Source of the DNA: an uncultured Candidatus Saccharibacteria bacterium | GTDB lineage: Bacteria; Patescibacteriota; Minisyncoccia; UBA6257; JACOXY01 | Assembly: GCA_964357615.1 (NCBI GenBank) | Contig: CAYHMC010000002.1 | Span: 7,481 to 71,480, forward strand | Length of the DNA: 64,000 nt | Reading direction: 5' to 3' | Part shown: positions 59,795 through 64,000 of the stretch, in pieces | How positions within the stretch are numbered: position 1 is the first letter of the stretch | Layout of the letters: the number at the start of each line of letters is the position of its first letter | The notes under the pieces: generated by a model | Databases searched by the model: none | Told to the model about the DNA's origin: nothing | What the model saw: the letters and a program-made list of their open reading frames with translations, nothing else | Made by a program: the position numbers and the translations under genes

Positions 59795-60550
59795 CTACTT
59801 TCTAAGTACGGTACTGGGGCCTTTTTTAAAATAAGTTGTTTCAAGTGCATAAAAAAACCATCTTGCATAACGAGGTAGCCATTTTCTAAATTTAAACCTA
59901 CTTTCGCCCTTCTTTCTCATAATCCATCTTGCTGGAACCTCTGCCACAGACCATCCAAGCCTATGACATTTTACCAATAATTCTATAGCGTAAGTAAATC
60001 CCTCTGAAGATTCAATTTTAACAGTATCTATAACCCGCCTAGAGAATAATCGCCAAGCATATGTTGCGTCTGTCGCTGGAACACCAATGAAATGATGCAA
60101 AACGAATGACGCTACGCGAACCACAAATGATTTTAATCTAGGACCACCGCTTATTTCCCCGCCCTTCATAAGTCTACTTGCGACCACCACATCACAACCC
60201 TCTTTATATTTTATAAACATCTCATCTATTATAATTGCGTTATTTGCCTCATCAGAACCAAAAGTAAGAATTGCTTCTGCAGTTGTAGAATCAAAACCCG
60301 TTGTTATCGCGCTATGAACCCCCCTACCTTTATTTTTAACAAAAACAATATCAAATTTATATTTTTTCCCTTTTAATGCTTGCAGTGTATTATCATCATC
60401 AAAATCATAGCAAATAAATACTTTAATTCGAGTTTTCACTTCGTTCTCAAAAGCTTGAAATAAATCAAGAATATTCTCTCCTTCGTTATAAACTGGTATA
60501 ACAATATCGAGAACTGAAGTTTTTGATTCTTTGTTTAAATTAGATTCCAT
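59795..60550 (-). CDS. GT2 glycosyltransferase, polyprenol-phosphate (DPM1/ArnC-like) type
   Basis: VIPVYNE, DVVVASR, R.KGES.F. Confidence 0.85.
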   Translation of the reverse strand: MESNLNKESKTSVLDIVIPVYNEGENILDLFQAFENEVKTRIKVFICYDFDDDNTLQALKGKKYKFDIVFVKNKGRGVHSAITTGFDSTTAEAILTFGSDEANNAIIIDEMFIKYKEGCDVVVASRLMKGGEISGGPRLKSFVVRVASFVLHHFIGVPATDATYAWRLFSRRVIDTVKIESSEGFTYAIELLVKCHRLGWSVAEVPARWIMRKKGESRFKFRKWLPRYARWFFYALETTYFKKGPSTVLRK

Positions 60551-60568
60551 TGAAAATATTTAGAAATA

Positions 60569-61726
60569 TTACTTTTTAATACTATTGAACTGCTGCTCGC
60601 AGGCCACAATAACTTCTTCTATTTTTATGGCTTCCAAACTTTCTACTTCGCACTTTATATCCGAATAGTCACACTCTAATTGATTTTTATATAAGCAAAT
60701 ATTTTTTTTACCATACGGGAACCAACTTCCAAATATATTTCTAATACTAAAAAGTGCAACTATCGGAATACCGTGTGCAGCTGCAATATGCATTGGCCCA
60801 GTATCATTTGTTAGATAAAGATCTACATTTTTAATTGCAATTATGCTTTCTTTAATAGACTTATCTGAAAAATTCAAACCAGAGACATTAGTACCTTTAA
60901 TAATTTCATTAATTTTTTCAAAATCAGCCGCGCCACTAAAATAAATCACACCAAATTTATGCTTTACACTGAGCGCATTTATTACTTTTAAAAAATTATC
61001 CTTAGGCCATCTTTGTCCCTCTGTTTTTCCACCCATACAAACACCCAAAAGTAATTTATTTTGGTTTTTAAAACTTTCGATTTCTTTTTGAATGTTTTTC
61101 GACTCAGCATAATTTGGAAACTCATAAACAATTTTATCAGATTTAATTCCGTTATTTTCTAAAATTTTTAATAAAGCGACTGACTCGGTATCTTTTGTAG
61201 TGAAATCTACTTGAGTTTTTTTAAATAACTGAGAAGTTCTGAGACTGAATTGAAATGCATGTTTAGAACCAATAAATTTTGAAAATAATTCATTTCTTAT
61301 CATCGTTCTAAAAAAAGCTAAATCATCGGGCAATTGAATAAATAAGTCATATTTTTTAGCGCGTAATTTTTTGATTAGCTTAATAATCAGACTAAAAGAC
61401 GAGACCTCATCGCTATAGTAAGTAATAATTTCATCGAAATAAGGAGCGCCCTCTAAAAAATCCCTTGCCCCAATTGACCCGCGATTACCCGGAGAAGTTA
61501 GTAGTGTAATCTTGCTATTGGGAAACTTCTTTTTAATAGCTGTAAACGAAGGTATTGCGCAAACAATATCGCCAATATTACCAATTTTATAAATAATAAT
61601 ATTTTTAGGATATTTTATTTTAAAAGGAAATAATATTTTATTGAAACAAAATAAAATTAAATTGAGCGCTTTAAGCCAAATAGAAACAACTAGCAGTTTT
61701 AATGATTCTAGAAACGAGGGCTTCAT
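60569..61726 (-). CDS. Glycosyltransferase family 9 (heptosyltransferase-like)
   Basis: GNIGD, RWP, TNDTGPMHIAAA. Confidence 0.9.
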   Translation of the reverse strand: MKPSFLESLKLLVVSIWLKALNLILFCFNKILFPFKIKYPKNIIIYKIGNIGDIVCAIPSFTAIKKKFPNSKITLLTSPGNRGSIGARDFLEGAPYFDEIITYYSDEVSSFSLIIKLIKKLRAKKYDLFIQLPDDLAFFRTMIRNELFSKFIGSKHAFQFSLRTSQLFKKTQVDFTTKDTESVALLKILENNGIKSDKIVYEFPNYAESKNIQKEIESFKNQNKLLLGVCMGGKTEGQRWPKDNFLKVINALSVKHKFGVIYFSGAADFEKINEIIKGTNVSGLNFSDKSIKESIIAIKNVDLYLTNDTGPMHIAAAHGIPIVALFSIRNIFGSWFPYGKKNICLYKNQLECDYSDIKCEVESLEAIKIEEVIVACEQQFNSIKK

Positions 61727-61732
61727 TTTAAT

Positions 61733-62989
61733 TTAACGAGGTTTTTTTAATCTACAAAAACAATCAAGCATCATAATTATATCAATTGGAAAGCGATAGC
61801 GCGGGTCGGCATTTGCAATAACAAAAGGCAAGAAATAAAGAAAAATTACTAAAAACATCAGGAGGTTGTCTCTATCTAAAAAATTTTTGCGAGTTCTAAA
61901 TACGATAAAAAGCCAAACAAAGATTGGTGTCGCCATTAATATTTTAACAATTCTTTTTAGCCCTTCTGTAGTTATCCATGAAAAATCGGGAACTTGGTGG
62001 TATCCTGGCCTAAACAAGGTAAATATTTTTATTCCGGTTAACTTTATGTATTCAATTGGATGTGCTTTTATAAAATCAAATGCGAGCTGTTTGTAAGTTT
62101 CGGGTGGAAAAATTAGTCGCTCTTCAAATTTATTAATTGCCGTATATCCCCTAGCACCTAGAGCATCTCTCAAAGAATTTTCACCGCTAAAATCTGAAAG
62201 TAAGTACTTGCTAGAATATTCATTAGAACCTGCAAATAGATTATAATAGCCGTGATTTGGAAAATAAAAAGGTTTTTGCTTAACTGCAGTATTAATAATT
62301 ACAAAAACAAACAATGAGATAAATAAAAATAATAAAGATTGATTAAAATAGTTTCTTGATATGCTTTCACTTTCTTTATTTTTTATTCTGTTATTTTTAT
62401 TAAAAATTAAAACTCCATATTGAAATATTTTTGGAAAATAAACAATTAGCAATACAGGCAATACAAGCAATATGGTATTCATTCGAACTACAAAAAGCAG
62501 ACCGGATATTACACCCAAAACCAAAATGCCAAGAAAATTTCTTTCTCGTTCCACATACAGACAAGCTACAAGCAAGCCAAGTAATAGCAAAACTGTAATA
62601 TTGCCATCATGAACTCTCCATATATTAAGAAAAAGAACTGGGTGAATGGCAGTAATTAAAATACCAAAAAATAATTTATGACCAGTAACGCCTCTAAATG
62701 TCAAAAGCAAAAGAGCACACAATAAAATAAATACGTAGATTAGAGACTGACAAACTGGAATTAAATTTATGCCACCATGCGCGATGCATAACCCCAAAAA
62801 ACCAGAATATCCAATTGGCATAAAGTTAGATGTTATGGCTCCCACTTCTGCAAATTCATTGGCGTCATTATACAATAATGCCACAAAGAAAGAACTATCT
62901 ATGTCTTGCTTTAAAGACGCAAGGACAAAAACTACAACCAGAATTACACCAATTAGCATCAACACCTTTGGAATCGTAAGTTGGCTCAT
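61733..62989 (-). CDS. Multi-TM membrane protein, GT-C-like
   Basis: ND in first loop, PIGY, about 10 TM, PRYRFP near C-terminus. Confidence 0.7.
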   Translation of the reverse strand: MSQLTIPKVLMLIGVILVVVFVLASLKQDIDSSFFVALLYNDANEFAEVGAITSNFMPIGYSGFLGLCIAHGGINLIPVCQSLIYVFILLCALLLLTFRGVTGHKLFFGILITAIHPVLFLNIWRVHDGNITVLLLLGLLVACLYVERERNFLGILVLGVISGLLFVVRMNTILLVLPVLLIVYFPKIFQYGVLIFNKNNRIKNKESESISRNYFNQSLLFLFISLFVFVIINTAVKQKPFYFPNHGYYNLFAGSNEYSSKYLLSDFSGENSLRDALGARGYTAINKFEERLIFPPETYKQLAFDFIKAHPIEYIKLTGIKIFTLFRPGYHQVPDFSWITTEGLKRIVKILMATPIFVWLFIVFRTRKNFLDRDNLLMFLVIFLYFLPFVIANADPRYRFPIDIIMMLDCFCRLKKPR

Positions 62990-62996
62990 TATATAT

Positions 62997-64000
62997 TTAT
63001 ATTACTCGTGGAGTTGGTAGCGGAACTATAAATTTACCCTTAAATCCTTTTTCTTTTAGCTTTGACATTAGCTCCTCTGCAATATTCCACGAAAATATAA
63101 TTGCATACTCTGGTTGATCTTCAAATAGCTTGGACTCTTCTAAGACAGGAATTAGAGTTCCGGGAACATATTTATTAATTTTATGAGAACCTTTAATTTC
63201 TAATGTACAATCAACAATGCCCTCATCTATGCCAACATAATTAATTAAAGTTGTACCCCTTGATGGCGCTCCGATTCCATAAACTCGACCACCTTCTTTT
63301 TTTATATCACAAAGTATTTTAGACAGTTCGAGTTTTGCCATAACAACCCTAGAGTGAAATGCTAATAAATTTTCTTTATTAATTACTATATCCTTCTCTA
63401 ATTCTAATAAAGAAAGTACGCTTTCTCTTACTTTATACTTACCTTTTTTTGCAGCGTAAACTCTAATTGAACCTGCATGTGTCGGAATTTGTTTAGCGTG
63501 TATAACTTCAAGTCCATGCATTTCTAAGAGATGTTTCAAGCTATGAAGGGAATAATATCTTAGATGTTCGTGATAAATAGTATCAAATTGATTCATTTGA
63601 ATCAGCGGTAATAAATAATGTGATTCGGTTATAAATACTCCATCATCTTTTAAAATTTCTATGACCGAATCTAATACCTCATTTACATTATCAACATGAG
63701 CAAAAACATTTGTTGCCGTTATAATTTTAGATTCACCATATTCTTTTTTAATAGACAAAGCCGCATCCTTTGTAAAATAATCTAGTATTGTAGGAATGCC
63801 ACGCTCGAGTGCAATTTTACCAATATCTTCTGGTGTTATACCTAAAATTTTATGCTTATCTTTAAAGTTACTTAGAAGATTTCCATCATTTGACCCTATA
63901 TCCAAAACCAAGTCATCTGATTTTAATTCGAACATCGATACACATTCATTATAAAGCTCTGCAAAATTATCTCTAAGTACCTTGGTTGTGCTAGATGTAT
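62997..64000 (-). CDS. Sugar C-methyltransferase-like SAM methyltransferase (5' end outside window)
   Basis: DIGSNDG, TNVFAH, FDTIYHEH, GAPSRG, SWN; frame open to the window end (TSSTTKVLRDNF). Confidence 0.9.
   Translation of the reverse strand, partial: TSSTTKVLRDNFAELYNECVSMFELKSDDLVLDIGSNDGNLLSNFKDKHKILGITPEDIGKIALERGIPTILDYFTKDAALSIKKEYGESKIITATNVFAHVDNVNEVLDSVIEILKDDGVFITESHYLLPLIQMNQFDTIYHEHLRYYSLHSLKHLLEMHGLEVIHAKQIPTHAGSIRVYAAKKGKYKVRESVLSLLELEKDIVINKENLLAFHSRVVMAKLELSKILCDIKKEGGRVYGIGAPSRGTTLINYVGIDEGIVDCTLEIKGSHKINKYVPGTLIPVLEESKLFEDQPEYAIIFSWNIAEELMSKLKEKGFKGKFIVPLPTPRVI

Noticed and set aside
1-64000. CRISPR array, integron attC array, DGR, intein, alternative genetic code
   Set aside because: No regularly spaced repeats, integrase or RT seen; DnaE and GyrB show no intein-sized inserts; TGA is used as a stop (e.g. 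nusB, yeaH)

Overview
AT-rich bacterial chromosome segment. It resembles Patescibacteria (CPR, Parcubacteria-like); this is inferred from leaderless-style gene starts, a TGS-less ThrRS, a pilin-LamG fusion, WKTY-motif exported proteins and rplK with no adjacent rplA. 1-37.5 kb is housekeeping (smc, rnc, nusB, rpmF, rnhB, dnaE, thrS, miaA, gatB, tmk, rplK-nusG-secE, gyrB, trxB, glutaredoxin). It is interleaved with accessory genes: a prkA-yeaH-spoVR triad, a phytoene-dehydrogenase-like oxidoreductase, a kinase/N-glycosidase-like fusion, a shortened AroA-like protein, a two-component pair and small orphans. 37.7-64 kb is a large surface-glycan biosynthesis locus. No rRNA, tRNA, CRISPR array or transposase was seen. 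The most striking non-ORF signal is a set of small palindromic insertions. Two 18-bp palindromes sit in frame inside trxB. Two inverted-repeat elements lie between duplicated start codons (carbamoyltransferase, dnaE). A TIR-bounded element supplies the -35 box of a putative gatB promoter.
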